Shown piece by piece: positions 1 through 9,938 of a DNA stretch of 64,000 bases. The translations under genes were made by a program, and so were the position numbers. Where the stretch lies: assembly GCA_002397465.1 (NCBI GenBank), contig DHAP01000001.1, positions 8,449-72,448 on the forward strand, written 5' to 3'. Below the pieces are notes generated by a model. It had not been told where the DNA came from and searched no databases. It was given only the letters and a program-made list of their open reading frames with translations. Position 1 is the first letter of the stretch; the number at the start of each line of letters is the position of its first letter. The DNA comes from Bacillales bacterium UBA4951. Its GTDB lineage: Bacteria > Bacillota_I > Bacilli_A > RFN20 > CAG-826.

Positions 1-1109
1 CCTTTGATGTCTTTGAAGGAAAGCAAAAAGGCGATGAATGACGGGAAGAAAAACGACAGATAAATCACGCCGAGGCTCCCTAGCAAACCATACAAAGCCA
101 AGGTCAACTCGCCTGAGCCCATGAAAAACAAAACAACCGCGGAGACCAAATGGAACAAAACGCTTGAGCCAAGGACCCCAAAATACAAATAAACGAGATA
201 AATCGAATAGTCAAAATATAAGTCCCAGAAACTGCCCATACCAAAAGCCTTGTTTTGATAAAGCTTTTGGGAGTCTGTGAGGCCGGTCATCCATCTCGTC
301 CTTCTCTTGTTCGTCATGCTGAGAGTCGGCGCCTCTTCCATATAGATCGGGGCATAGGCGGCGTAATAACTGGTCCAATGGTTGGCAATCATGTCGCCAA
401 AAAGCTCGCAATCCTCAGTGATGGTGTCCTTATAGGCCCACCCATTGTTGGCCAAAATGATTCTCTTTGAGAGCAAAAGACCGCTCCCGACCGTGAAAAG
501 CGCTATGTTATGGTCGCTTCTATAAGCGTTGCCCATGTCATCGAAAAATGACCAGATGTAACCATTGCAAGCGCCTTGAAGGCTCAAAGAACCCTTGCCC
601 ATAAAATAGTTTTTGACTATTTTCTTGCTGACGATGACATCTCTTTTAGAAGCCATCGCCTCATTCATCTGATAAAGATAGTCATCTTTGATTCCCGTGT
701 CGGCATCAAGGATCAGATAGGCATCATATTTGTTCCTGTTTTTCCTTAATATCCTCGAAAGAGCGAAATCAAGGGCGTCGCTTTTGGCATGCTGCTCAAC
801 GTCGACAAAACAGGTGAAACCCGCATCCTCAACCATCTTTATGGTCGGGTCTTTTGGATTTTTAACGATGACAAAGACGTCAAACTCTTCGTAGTCCTGA
901 CGCTTCAACGACGAAAGCAAGGATGATATCGTCGCGCTTTCATCGCGGGCTGGCACTAGAACGGCTATTTGGTTGTGCTTCTCATTATGAAGACGCGCCC
1001 TTTTCTTAAAACCGCCGAAGTAGGCGACGATTCTTGGTGAATACAAAATCAAAAACAAAACAATCAAACTAGCAAGAACCAGCCAAATAATCCAAAATAC
1101 GCTTTTCAT
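1..1109 (-). CDS. family 2 glycosyltransferase, membrane-anchored; 3' partial (runs off window start)
   Basis: Not in the ORF track because no stop occurs before position 1. The minus frame from ATG 1109-1107 (ATGA overlap with the TGA of the GT8 gene) is open to the edge. Translation MKSVFWIIWLVLASLIVLF...IAVLVPARDESATISSLLSSL...YLILDADT...NKRRTRWMTG has an N-terminal TM helix, a DAD (DxD-like) motif and a TRW segment typical of GT2 enzymes. Confidence 0.7.
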   Translation of the reverse strand, partial: MKSVFWIIWLVLASLIVLFLILYSPRIVAYFGGFKKRARLHNEKHNQIAVLVPARDESATISSLLSSLKRQDYEEFDVFVIVKNPKDPTIKMVEDAGFTCFVDVEQHAKSDALDFALSRILRKNRNKYDAYLILDADTGIKDDYLYQMNEAMASKRDVIVSKKIVKNYFMGKGSLSLQGACNGYIWSFFDDMGNAYRSDHNIALFTVGSGLLLSKRIILANNGWAYKDTITEDCELFGDMIANHWTSYYAAYAPIYMEEAPTLSMTNKRRTRWMTGLTDSQKLYQNKAFGMGSFWDLYFDYSIYLVYLYFGVLGSSVLFHLVSAVVLFFMGSGELTLALYGLLGSLGVIYLSFFFPSFIAFLLSFKDIK

Positions 1110-1930
1110 AATTCTTCCATATCCCTCCAAAGGCTTTTGGCCTTTCGGTACAACTCGTCGTGGGCCGTCGTCTTATAGACGTCGTGAATCCGCTCGATGT
1201 CCCATGGCTTAGCGACCATCGCATGGATTGTCGGGAAGATTCTGGGTTTGTTGCAGTAATGGCGGATGATCGTCGTGGCTCTTAAATGTCCCTGCTCGTT
1301 ATAGTCATGGCCAAGATATAGCTTTTTCCCATGGCAATACTTGTTGATGGCGTCTTGATCGGGGAAAGCCTTTTTCTTATGTTTCAGGTAATCGCGGCAC
1401 TTTTTAAAGAGCCCATCTTTCTTTATCTCTTTGAGATTAAGGAGCATAACCCCGGCATTCACGTAACGGGGGCCGATGAAAAAACGGCCGTAACGGTCTA
1501 TGACAGCCCCAATCATCTTGTCGCCAAGCTCATGGCTATAAAGAAGCGAGATGTCTTTCATGACGATGATGTCGCTGTCCAAATAGAGCATCTTGTCTGG
1601 GACTTCATCAATTTGATCGAGATAGAGCCTCAATAAAGAGTAAGGCGTATAGGAACTTTTTATGTTTGGCGAATCTTTAAAATCACGAAGGAACTCTTTG
1701 CTCAAATCGATCAAATAAACTTTGCTGTCGGCATTACTCTTCTTAATGCAGCAATCCAGATAATCGGCATATTTTTTAGGGAATGGCTTGTAGCGTGGAT
1801 CCATCGTCTCAAGGTCGGCGGTCAAGATATAAAAATGAATGCTTTCTTTGGTCGATTCCACGGCGGAAAGAAGAGCCATAGTCAGCCCTTTATAGATACC
1901 TTCATTTGCGCAAAAACATATATTAATCAT
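1106..1930 (-). CDS. family 8 glycosyltransferase (LPS alpha-1,3-galactosyl/glucosyltransferase-like)
   Basis: 274 aa; DxD motif YLDSDIIV; GT8-like NAGVMLLNL segment; start overlaps the stop of the upstream acyltransferase gene (1923-1930). Confidence 0.75.
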   Translation of the reverse strand: MINICFCANEGIYKGLTMALLSAVESTKESIHFYILTADLETMDPRYKPFPKKYADYLDCCIKKSNADSKVYLIDLSKEFLRDFKDSPNIKSSYTPYSLLRLYLDQIDEVPDKMLYLDSDIIVMKDISLLYSHELGDKMIGAVIDRYGRFFIGPRYVNAGVMLLNLKEIKKDGLFKKCRDYLKHKKKAFPDQDAINKYCHGKKLYLGHDYNEQGHLRATTIIRHYCNKPRIFPTIHAMVAKPWDIERIHDVYKTTAHDELYRKAKSLWRDMEEL

Positions 1931-2729
1931 TTATTTCTTCTTTCTTGACGTAATCGATAAGCGAATAATCGCTTTCTTTTTCCGCCCGCTTTTTCATGGC
2001 CTCGTATACTTCGTCGCGGAGCTTTATATGCCTTTCGGCAGCCGGAAGGCTTTTGTCGGGATAGAACGGACCGTCAATGTAAGTGACCATCCTAGCTTTC
2101 TTTCCGAATAAGCGCTTTTTGTAACAATTGGTAAAGGCATAGACTGGGGCGTCATATTTGACTGGGTATTTGAACGAGGAATTCTTGAAGTCCCGGACCC
2201 AGGTGCAATACGGCCAGATATGGGCCTCAGGATATATGCAGATGACCCCGCCTTGCTTAAGACGTTTTTCCATCGCGTCCAAAAACGGAAGCATCCCTTT
2301 TAATTCGCTGGGAAGCGGCATGGCTCCGCCCATCTTGAAAAGAGTGGAGAATCCTTTGAAGGATAGGTTATCTGGATTGACGAGAAGATAGACGCTCTTG
2401 GGGAAGCACATGAGCGACGGCGTAAAACCATCACCGAACTGGTTGGTGTGATTACCGTAAATGAAATAGCCCTGCTTCTTGCATTTCTTGAGGGCCTTCT
2501 TATTTTTGAAGCTTTGATGAAGAACTATCTTGTTATGAAGATAAGCGATGGGGGTCAGGATAAGACGATAGGACAAAAATGTGAAGAAACGATAGAAGGG
2601 GTTCGTGTGGATATAAGAATAATTGGAAGGGATATAAAAGTTCCTGGCTGCGATTCCAGAGAACTCATCTTCAAGTTCATTTTGGTAGTAGACGGTTTTT
2701 CCTAGATTTTCTTTCTTTTTCATAGCCAC
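1923..2729 (-). CDS. lysophospholipid acyltransferase (PlsC/LPLAT-like) family protein
   Basis: 268 aa; HX4D acyltransferase motif GNHTNQFGDG; PEAHIWPY segment; paralog of 26327..27127. Confidence 0.7.
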   Translation of the reverse strand: MAMKKKENLGKTVYYQNELEDEFSGIAARNFYIPSNYSYIHTNPFYRFFTFLSYRLILTPIAYLHNKIVLHQSFKNKKALKKCKKQGYFIYGNHTNQFGDGFTPSLMCFPKSVYLLVNPDNLSFKGFSTLFKMGGAMPLPSELKGMLPFLDAMEKRLKQGGVICIYPEAHIWPYCTWVRDFKNSSFKYPVKYDAPVYAFTNCYKKRLFGKKARMVTYIDGPFYPDKSLPAAERHIKLRDEVYEAMKKRAEKESDYSLIDYVKKEEIND

Positions 2730-2870
2730 GATAGTCTAGAGCAAGAACTAATCCGAGTCTCTCTCTTCTACAAGAGACTAAAAATAGAGCCCCTTCTACT
2801 GACACTATAGTAAAATGACAATTCTCATGAAATTAGAATAACTAGATATTATCTTTATTTTTTTGCTCTA

Positions 2871-3500
2871 TTGGACTATTATTTTGACATGAGTGAAATA
2901 AAAGACAACATTGCAAGAAATCTTGTGGCCTTAAGAAAAAACAAAAAACTAACCCAACAAGAACTTGCTGAAAAAATGGATTACACCGATAAATCTATAT
3001 CAAAGTGGGAGCACGGAGAGGCTTTGCCTGACATCGAGACTTTGGCAAACATCTGCGATTTTTATAATATCGATCTCAACTATTTGGTCAGTGAACATGC
3101 TGATTCCGCAAAGATATTGAGCAAGGCTGAAAAGGGCAATCGAATCAACCGCAGCGTCATCTCCGGATTAGCCATCTCCTTAGTGTGGATAACCGCCATC
3201 ATCGTCTGCATCTCGACGCAGATGTTCACTAATTACGCCTATTGGATGTCCTTCGTCTGGGCCCTTCCTTTTTCCTTTATGATTCTCACTATTTTCAATG
3301 CTATTTGGGGCGATAAAAAAAGGCGTCCGGCTTACATAACATGCTTCGCTTGGACCGCCTTGACTGCTCTATATCTCGAACTTGGATTTGACATGCCGAA
3401 TGGTGACGGATGGAGGCTGTGGATGCTCTTCCTTTTGGGAGTTCCCACCACCATCGCCGCCATCCTTTGGTCGCATCTTAAAGACGATCAGAAGTATTAA
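2871..3500 (+). CDS. XRE-family HTH transcriptional regulator with C-terminal transmembrane domain
   Basis: HTH_3-like N-terminus (NLVALRKNKKLTQQELAEKMDYTDKSISKWEHGEALPDIETL) followed by about four hydrophobic helices. The true start is probably the ATG near 2889 (MSEIKD). It is divergent from the GT/acyltransferase operon. Confidence 0.7.
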   Translation: MDYYFDMSEIKDNIARNLVALRKNKKLTQQELAEKMDYTDKSISKWEHGEALPDIETLANICDFYNIDLNYLVSEHADSAKILSKAEKGNRINRSVISGLAISLVWITAIIVCISTQMFTNYAYWMSFVWALPFSFMILTIFNAIWGDKKRRPAYITCFAWTALTALYLELGFDMPNGDGWRLWMLFLLGVPTTIAAILWSHLKDDQKY

Positions 3501-4789
3501 ACCAACTTCCCTAATAGATCATAGATAAAGGCCGAAGTAATTTTTACTTTGACGATGTCGCCATCGTTAAGCTTTTTCTCACTCGAGAAATAAATGTTGC
3601 CATCGATGTCATCGGGAGCGTTCCAATAGCTTCTTAAAGTATAGAGTTTCTTGGTTGGATCGTAGCCGGTTACCAATCCCTCCATGACTTCGCCTTCATG
3701 CCTGACGTTTTGAGAATGGGAGATTTTTCTTTGAAGCGACATGATTTCGTCATGTCTTTCGTTCTTTATCTCGGCGGAAAGTTGGTCTGGATATGAATAA
3801 GCGGCCGTCCCTTCTTCTCGTGAATATGGGAAGTCCCCAAGGTGGTCAAAGCGGACCTCTTCCATGAATTCCAAGGTCTCTTTTTGATCTTCCTCGGTTT
3901 CGCCTGGGAAGCCGGAAATGAGGGTTGTTCTCAAAATAGCCTCTGGCATCATCTCTCTGATCTTATGGAAAAGCGCTCTTTCTTGCTCAGCGGTCCCGTG
4001 GCGTTTCATAAGTTTGAGAAGATGGTCGCTGGCGCACTGGATTGGTATGTCGAAATAATGATCGATGGATTTGCTTCCCTTGATGAAAGCGAGGAGTTCA
4101 TCGCTGATTTCATCGGGGTATAAATACAAGAGCCTGATTGAATAAAAGCCCATGTCGTCTATTTCTTTCAGCAAAGAGAATATGTTTGGCTTATGCTCTG
4201 GGAAATCGAAGCCATACATCGTTGTGTCTTGGCTCACGATGACCACTTCTTTGACGCCGCGCTCCTTCAGCATCTTGGCTTCTTTAAGCACTTCATCATA
4301 GGGCCTCGAAACAAAACGGCCCCTGATATAAGGTATGGCGCAGAAGGAACAAAAATTATTGCAGCCCTCGCTTATGCGGAGATAAGCCGAATATTTAGGC
4401 GTTGAGATAACGCGCTTTAATGGGTCCATCGGTGCGATCTTCTCTTCGTCTAGCAGTTTCTCCAAAAGAACGTTCATGCGCGAATAGTCCTTAAGAGGAA
4501 TCCAAAGATCGACTTCAGGGATGTTCTTACGAAGGTCCTCTAAGTCCCTTTCGACGAAGCAGCCGACGACGCAAAGCTTGGCCTTTTTGTATTGAGCCAT
4601 TTCCAAAATCGTCTCAATGGCCTCTCTTTTGGCGTCTTCTATAAATCCGCATGTGTTGACGATGATGAGGTCACTATCGCTCGGATCATCCGATAGAATG
4701 TACTCTTCCGGCGAGAACATCGCCAAAATCATCTCGCTGTCGACGAGGTTCTTCGCGCAACCTAAAGATACAAGTCCTATTTTTTTCAT
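3497..4789 (-). CDS. rimO: radical-SAM methylthiotransferase, RimO/MiaB family (ribosomal protein S12 methylthiotransferase-like)
   Basis: 430 aa; N-terminal MKKIGLVSLGCAKN MTTase domain; radical SAM CxxxCxxC (CNNFCSFC); C-terminal TRAM-like region. Confidence 0.75.
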   Translation of the reverse strand: MKKIGLVSLGCAKNLVDSEMILAMFSPEEYILSDDPSDSDLIIVNTCGFIEDAKREAIETILEMAQYKKAKLCVVGCFVERDLEDLRKNIPEVDLWIPLKDYSRMNVLLEKLLDEEKIAPMDPLKRVISTPKYSAYLRISEGCNNFCSFCAIPYIRGRFVSRPYDEVLKEAKMLKERGVKEVVIVSQDTTMYGFDFPEHKPNIFSLLKEIDDMGFYSIRLLYLYPDEISDELLAFIKGSKSIDHYFDIPIQCASDHLLKLMKRHGTAEQERALFHKIREMMPEAILRTTLISGFPGETEEDQKETLEFMEEVRFDHLGDFPYSREEGTAAYSYPDQLSAEIKNERHDEIMSLQRKISHSQNVRHEGEVMEGLVTGYDPTKKLYTLRSYWNAPDDIDGNIYFSSEKKLNDGDIVKVKITSAFIYDLLGKLV

Positions 4790-4796
4790 TGTTTAA

Positions 4797-6263
4797 TTAT
4801 CGCCTATATTGTTCGTTTAGGCTCTTCAAATGCTTGCTGAGCCCAATTAATGAGGAATAATCAGTCATTCTCCAAGTCCAGTTGACGTCATCGATGATGC
4901 CGGGTTTATTAAGTCTTGCCTCATCTCCGAGACCCAAAATGTCCTGTAAGGCAAAGATGGCGTATTTGGCTTTGAGGGACATCTCATAGTTAATGAACCT
5001 CTCATTGATGTTTCCTTTCGGGAACTGCCTGATATCCAGGGCCCGATCCCATTCGCTTTGATCCTTAAGCGGCAAAGCCTGATAGAAAGCCTTGGGAGGC
5101 TGATTGTCATGAGTCCCTAGATAGGCGACCATGTTCTCACGGTCATAACCGTTCTTATGGGCTATCTCAGCATCGAAGAAAGTGAATTCGATGACGTTCA
5201 TGCCTGGGAAATTATAATGGTCACGCAACGTCAGAACCTCAGGCCTTAAATCACCCAAATCCTCAGCGATTATCTCAAGATTCGGGACCTTACGTAAGAA
5301 AGTGTCGAAGAACTTGTATCCTGGGGCTTCAATCCAACTGCCTTCAATCGCGGTTGGACAAGAAGCAGGAATCTTCCAATAAGTGTCAAAAGCCCTGAAA
5401 TGATCCAATCTGATGATGTCATACAAGGATCCATTAAGTTTCAAGCGGTTGATGATGAAGCTGAAATCCCTTCTTTCAAGTTCATCCCAGTCATAAATCG
5501 GGTTGCCCCACCTTTGGCCGGTCGCAGAGAAATAATCAGGCGGAACGCCCGCAATCCAAAGAGGCTGTTTGGTTTTTTTATCGAGCAAGAAGCACCCTTG
5601 GTTGGCCCACACATCGCAAGAATCGTAGCCAACGTAGAAAGGGACGTCTCCAACGATTTTGATGCCTTTGGAGTTTGCGTACGAATGCAAGGCATCCCAT
5701 TCCTCATAAAGGGTTTTCTGGAGCCAAACTTCATAAGTAGATAGAACTTTTTCTTCGGCAGTAAGAGGTTTTTCTCGTTCAATCATCGCCTGCTGCTCTT
5801 TGCTCCAGTTATCCCAACTCCGCAAATCGTTCCTTCGCTTGTTCATCATGAAGATAGACCAATCGTTAACCCACGGGTGGGAGGAGACAAACGAATTCAG
5901 ACAGTTCGGGTCTTTCTTCATCTCGTTGGAAAAAGCCTCTTTCAAATAAGGCTCCTTGAATTTCCTGATGTCCTCATAAAGGACTTTTGAGGCGAACTCG
6001 TTATATGAAGGGGCTTTTTTGATGAGTCCTTTTGCGGATAAAGAATCCAAATCGGCATAAAGCTCATCGAGGGCGAAAGAGGAAAACGGTTGATAGGGAG
6101 AATGCCCATAGCCCAGAGGGTTTAATGGTAAGATCTGCCATAAGTGAAAGCCGGAATCAGCGAGTATATCGACGAATTCCTTGCTTTTTTCACCAAAATC
6201 GCCGATTCCGAATCTGGACGGAAGGGCACTGACTGGCATCAAAACACCTGAGCATCTGTTCAT
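4797..6263 (-). CDS. malQ: 4-alpha-glucanotransferase (amylomaltase, GH77)
   Basis: 488 aa; N-terminus MNRCSGVLMPVSALPS.FGIGDFG and overall GH77 architecture. Confidence 0.85.
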   Translation of the reverse strand: MNRCSGVLMPVSALPSRFGIGDFGEKSKEFVDILADSGFHLWQILPLNPLGYGHSPYQPFSSFALDELYADLDSLSAKGLIKKAPSYNEFASKVLYEDIRKFKEPYLKEAFSNEMKKDPNCLNSFVSSHPWVNDWSIFMMNKRRNDLRSWDNWSKEQQAMIEREKPLTAEEKVLSTYEVWLQKTLYEEWDALHSYANSKGIKIVGDVPFYVGYDSCDVWANQGCFLLDKKTKQPLWIAGVPPDYFSATGQRWGNPIYDWDELERRDFSFIINRLKLNGSLYDIIRLDHFRAFDTYWKIPASCPTAIEGSWIEAPGYKFFDTFLRKVPNLEIIAEDLGDLRPEVLTLRDHYNFPGMNVIEFTFFDAEIAHKNGYDRENMVAYLGTHDNQPPKAFYQALPLKDQSEWDRALDIRQFPKGNINERFINYEMSLKAKYAIFALQDILGLGDEARLNKPGIIDDVNWTWRMTDYSSLIGLSKHLKSLNEQYRR

Positions 6264-6275
6264 TCTCGTTCTCCT

Positions 6276-7460
6276 TTATCTAACTTTGTGGGCGCCTTGA
6301 GAAGGAATCCCGACTTCCACCACTTTCTCGGCGCCATAATAAGCGCTCATGAGCTTCATGAAGGCCTCGTATTCTTTTTCGGGGACGATGTTCAAAGTTG
6401 TCCCGACCAGACCTCCGCCCATGACGCGTGAGCTTCCTTCCTTTAAGACTTCGTTGGCTCTATTGACTGCTTCTAGAGGAGAGCCCTCGTAATGTCCGGG
6501 AACCATGACGTTGTGCAACAAAGAAGCCTGCGAAAGCTGGGTTTCCCTTTCCATTTCCAAAACGAGAGGGAAGTTGCCTTCCTCAAAGGCCTCTTTGCAG
6601 CGGATCGTTCTTTCGTCTTCCCCAAAGAAATGAAGGGCCCTTTGTCTTTGCCTTTCGTTGATCTCGGGGTTAGCGGCGTATATCTTCTTGTAAAATTCTT
6701 TATGGCTCACTTCTTCGAGAACCTCTTTCCCGAAAATCGTTTTGGCCACGTGTTTCATGTCTAAAGGCATCTCGCTATAAAGATCGCTTAGTCCAGCATG
6801 AGAGGCGCCTGGGTTCACCAAGATGATGTGCATATCCCATTTCGGATACGGCATTGGAGTCACTTTGACGGCAGAAAAATCGCTGAAATCCAAGAACTGG
6901 ATTCCGCCGAAAGAGGAACCGCATTGGTCGAGAAGCCCTGAGGCTTTCCCAAAATAAACGTTTTCGGCGTGCTGGCCGGCTTTGGCTAGATCAAGGCGCG
7001 AAATCTTGTCATCGTTATAAAGAGAATTGATGACTTCCGCGATAAAGAGCTCATAAGCAGCCGAGCTGGAAACGCCGGCGCCGGAGAAGATGTCGCTATT
7101 GATAGCGGCCCTGAAGCCCCCGACTTTATAGCCCTTTTCCTTCAACGCGGAGAGGACGCCCCTCGTCAAGGAGATGGATGTCCCTTTTTCGCTTTCTTTC
7201 ATCGAAAGATCGTTTGAAGGGAAGACAAAAGTGCCATACCCATCGCTCGAAATGCTGACGAAGCCATCATTGGTCTTCTTGACGGCTCCTTTGATTCCCA
7301 AGGAGCAGCCAGCCACTAAGCAATGGCCATGCTGATGGTCGGTGTGATTGCCTAAGATTTCCAAACGTCCATAGGAGATGAAGCGATGTTCGCTTTCATC
7401 ATGATAGTTTTTCCTATAAAGAGCCTCAGCTCTCAAGAAATCCTCTTCTTCCTTATTCAT
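6276..7460 (-). CDS. galK: galactokinase (GHMP kinase)
   Basis: 394 aa; galactokinase signature GRLEILGNHTDHQHG; GHMP ATP-binding loop GAGVSSSAA. Confidence 0.85.
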   Translation of the reverse strand: MNKEEEDFLRAEALYRKNYHDESEHRFISYGRLEILGNHTDHQHGHCLVAGCSLGIKGAVKKTNDGFVSISSDGYGTFVFPSNDLSMKESEKGTSISLTRGVLSALKEKGYKVGGFRAAINSDIFSGAGVSSSAAYELFIAEVINSLYNDDKISRLDLAKAGQHAENVYFGKASGLLDQCGSSFGGIQFLDFSDFSAVKVTPMPYPKWDMHIILVNPGASHAGLSDLYSEMPLDMKHVAKTIFGKEVLEEVSHKEFYKKIYAANPEINERQRQRALHFFGEDERTIRCKEAFEEGNFPLVLEMERETQLSQASLLHNVMVPGHYEGSPLEAVNRANEVLKEGSSRVMGGGLVGTTLNIVPEKEYEAFMKLMSAYYGAEKVVEVGIPSQGAHKVR

Positions 7461-8937
7461 GGAATGTCTCCTTTATGAATTTATGAAGGCCTTCTTGGCC
7501 CTTTTCATCATCTTTGTAAACGGCGACGTTCTTAAGAATGCCCTGACAGACTTTGTTGATGTAGGCCTCACTGGTCTCGTGGGTGGCTTTCATCTCGTCG
7601 ATCATCCCCTCGAAAGAAACGAGGTCTGGGTATTTGGCGAGATAATCTTTTTTATCCATCGAGACGGCTTCCTCGACTTCGGCGCTCTCACGCTTCAAAC
7701 GAGCCGGAAGGATAAACAATCCGGCGGCCTCGATCAGGCCGATGCCTTCTTTTTTGATGTGATGATATTCTGGATGTGCATGGAAGATGCCGTCTGGATA
7801 AGCCTTGCTGCAACGATTGTTACGCAAGACAAGATAGACGGCATATTGGCCATCGATCTTTCTCATGAAAGGCGTGACAGTCGAATGGTTGCCATCCGAG
7901 TCATCGCTGATGATCTCATTGTCAGGATCGCTATAGTGTCTCCATTTGTCGATCACTTTGGTGCCTAAGGACAAGACGTCATCCTTGTCGGAGCCCATGA
8001 TCTTGATGGACGTCACATAGAAGTCAAGGATTGAGACCTTGCTTCCCTTTTTGCTTGTATAGACGGTTTCCTTGTCCTTGCTGATCAACAAAGGAAGCAG
8101 ATGCCCGCCGCCTTGGAAATGCTCATGGTTCAAAATCGATCCGCCCACAATCGGAAGATCGCTGTTGGAGCCGATGAAGAAATGCGGGAATTGGTCGACG
8201 AAGTCGCCAAAAGCTTTAAGCGTCTCACCCGATATTTTCATCGGAACATGCTTCTTATAAAAGACGATGCAGTGATGAGAATAATAGACATAAGGCGAAT
8301 ATTGCATGAACCAGTCTTCGCCGTTTAGCTTAAGCGGGACGAAACGGATGTTCTCTCGGGCTGGGTGGCTGTCGGTGCCCTCAAATCCGATGTTTTCCTC
8401 GCATAAGAGGCATTTAGGATAAGTGACGGCAACGTTTTTGCTCAATAGTTTGGCGATGTCTTTGTTGTTCTTCTCAGGCTTGGAAAGGTTGATTGAAATC
8501 TCCAAGTCATCGCCATGATCGTATTTGGCGACCCAATGGATGTTTTTGTCGACTTTGCTCTTGGCGATATAGTCGTTTTTGATCGAAAGGTCATAAAGAT
8601 ACTCGGTCGCTTTTTCTGGGCTTTCTTTGTCCAAAGAAGCGAATTTTTCATCGACTTGGCTCGGCGTCGGGCTTAATAAGCCCATCACGTAGGTGGCTTT
8701 TCTTTGGCTTTCGCCTGGCCCCATACCCGATGAAACAAGATCTTCGGTCAAGGAATCGACGATTGGGTCCGGCAAAGAATAGGCGGCGATTTTCTTTTCG
8801 TCTATTTCGCCTTGATAAGGTTCTTTCAAGCCGAACTCGTGGAGAAGGAAATTCTGGAAATAAATGGCGTCCTCGTCTTTTAGGCCCAAATGGCTTTTGG
8901 CGTAGGCAATCGCTTCTTTAAGAGTCTTTTCTATCAT
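7453..8937 (-). CDS. galT: UDP-glucose--hexose-1-phosphate uridylyltransferase (Gram-positive type GalT)
   Basis: 494 aa, the size and architecture of type-2 GalT of Firmicutes; sits in the galK-galT-galM arrangement with overlapping ends. Confidence 0.75.
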   Translation of the reverse strand: MIEKTLKEAIAYAKSHLGLKDEDAIYFQNFLLHEFGLKEPYQGEIDEKKIAAYSLPDPIVDSLTEDLVSSGMGPGESQRKATYVMGLLSPTPSQVDEKFASLDKESPEKATEYLYDLSIKNDYIAKSKVDKNIHWVAKYDHGDDLEISINLSKPEKNNKDIAKLLSKNVAVTYPKCLLCEENIGFEGTDSHPARENIRFVPLKLNGEDWFMQYSPYVYYSHHCIVFYKKHVPMKISGETLKAFGDFVDQFPHFFIGSNSDLPIVGGSILNHEHFQGGGHLLPLLISKDKETVYTSKKGSKVSILDFYVTSIKIMGSDKDDVLSLGTKVIDKWRHYSDPDNEIISDDSDGNHSTVTPFMRKIDGQYAVYLVLRNNRCSKAYPDGIFHAHPEYHHIKKEGIGLIEAAGLFILPARLKRESAEVEEAVSMDKKDYLAKYPDLVSFEGMIDEMKATHETSEAYINKVCQGILKNVAVYKDDEKGQEGLHKFIKETFHE

Positions 8938-8939
8938 CT

Positions 8940-9938
8940 TTATTCTCCTTTTTTCTTGAAAATATATTCGATGAAATCGCTCTTCGGCGTGTCGGAAATC
9001 ACGCTCATGGAATGGAAGTCCCCCGGCTTATAAACCGGTTCGATAGCAAGCCCTGAATGGAGCTTCGTCTTCTTTCCGCTGACGAGCTCCTCTCCAATAT
9101 GGGGATAGTTGTAGCTATAGATCTGAGCAGCTGGCAAAGAAGTCTTGATGTCCATGACGTAGTCTTGGCTTTCCATCCTGATTTGCGTTTCTTCGGCATT
9201 TGCTTCTTTAAAAAGGAAACAATGGTCGTATCCGAGGGTCCTTATGGATGTGAGATAAGGATCGTCGATGTCTTTGCCAATCTCTTTGGGAGTGGAAAAA
9301 TCTAGGCATGATGGGCTCTTTTTGAAGCCCAAAGGAATCAATTCCTTATCATAGGACATGGTCTCGTCGCTATTGACGAATAAAAGCTGTTTCTCAACGT
9401 CATCCTCCCCGCCGAGGTTGAAATAGGCATGGCAGGTCAAATTAAGCGGCGTCTCGCTCTTGCTCTTGGCAAGGTAGACGATTTTGAAGCTTGGCTCATC
9501 TTCTTTGACGATATATCTGACTCTCAGGGCAATTTCGCCGGGGAATCCCATATCGCCGGCTGGGCTGACTAGATAATAATCAACAGCCACTGAATCGCCG
9601 AGATGAACGACGTCCATCTTGAAATGGCGGAAGGAGAATCCTTCTTTGCCGCCATGAAGGGTGTTCTCCCCCTCATTGACGCTTAGCTGATATTCGTTGC
9701 CTAGATAATTCAAGCGTCCTTTGGAAAGCCTTCCGGCGATGCGGCCCACGGTTTTTCCAAAGTAAGTGTCTTCGTTGAGCCAGCTCTTTTTGTCGGTCGG
9801 TGCCACATTCATGCTCTTTCCATCGTAAAAGATGGAATAGATGCCGGCCCCGTAATCGCAAAGCGTGAGTTTCAGGCCGGCTGAGTTCGTCAGAGTGATG
9901 AAGCTGGCGTTTTCTTTTTCGACGTTCTCGATGATCAT
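8940..9938 (-). CDS. galM: aldose 1-epimerase (galactose mutarotase)
   Basis: 332 aa; mutarotase-like segments (NSAGLKLTLCDYGAGI; TLHGG; HAYFNL). Confidence 0.8.
   Translation of the reverse strand: MIIENVEKENASFITLTNSAGLKLTLCDYGAGIYSIFYDGKSMNVAPTDKKSWLNEDTYFGKTVGRIAGRLSKGRLNYLGNEYQLSVNEGENTLHGGKEGFSFRHFKMDVVHLGDSVAVDYYLVSPAGDMGFPGEIALRVRYIVKEDEPSFKIVYLAKSKSETPLNLTCHAYFNLGGEDDVEKQLLFVNSDETMSYDKELIPLGFKKSPSCLDFSTPKEIGKDIDDPYLTSIRTLGYDHCFLFKEANAEETQIRMESQDYVMDIKTSLPAAQIYSYNYPHIGEELVSGKKTKLHSGLAIEPVYKPGDFHSMSVISDTPKSDFIEYIFKKKGE

Noticed and set aside
211-470. Two short ORFs (211..411 minus, 255..470 plus) from the track
   Set aside because: Both fall inside the open GT2 reading frame that runs to the window edge; the GT2 frame has clear family motifs whereas these do not.
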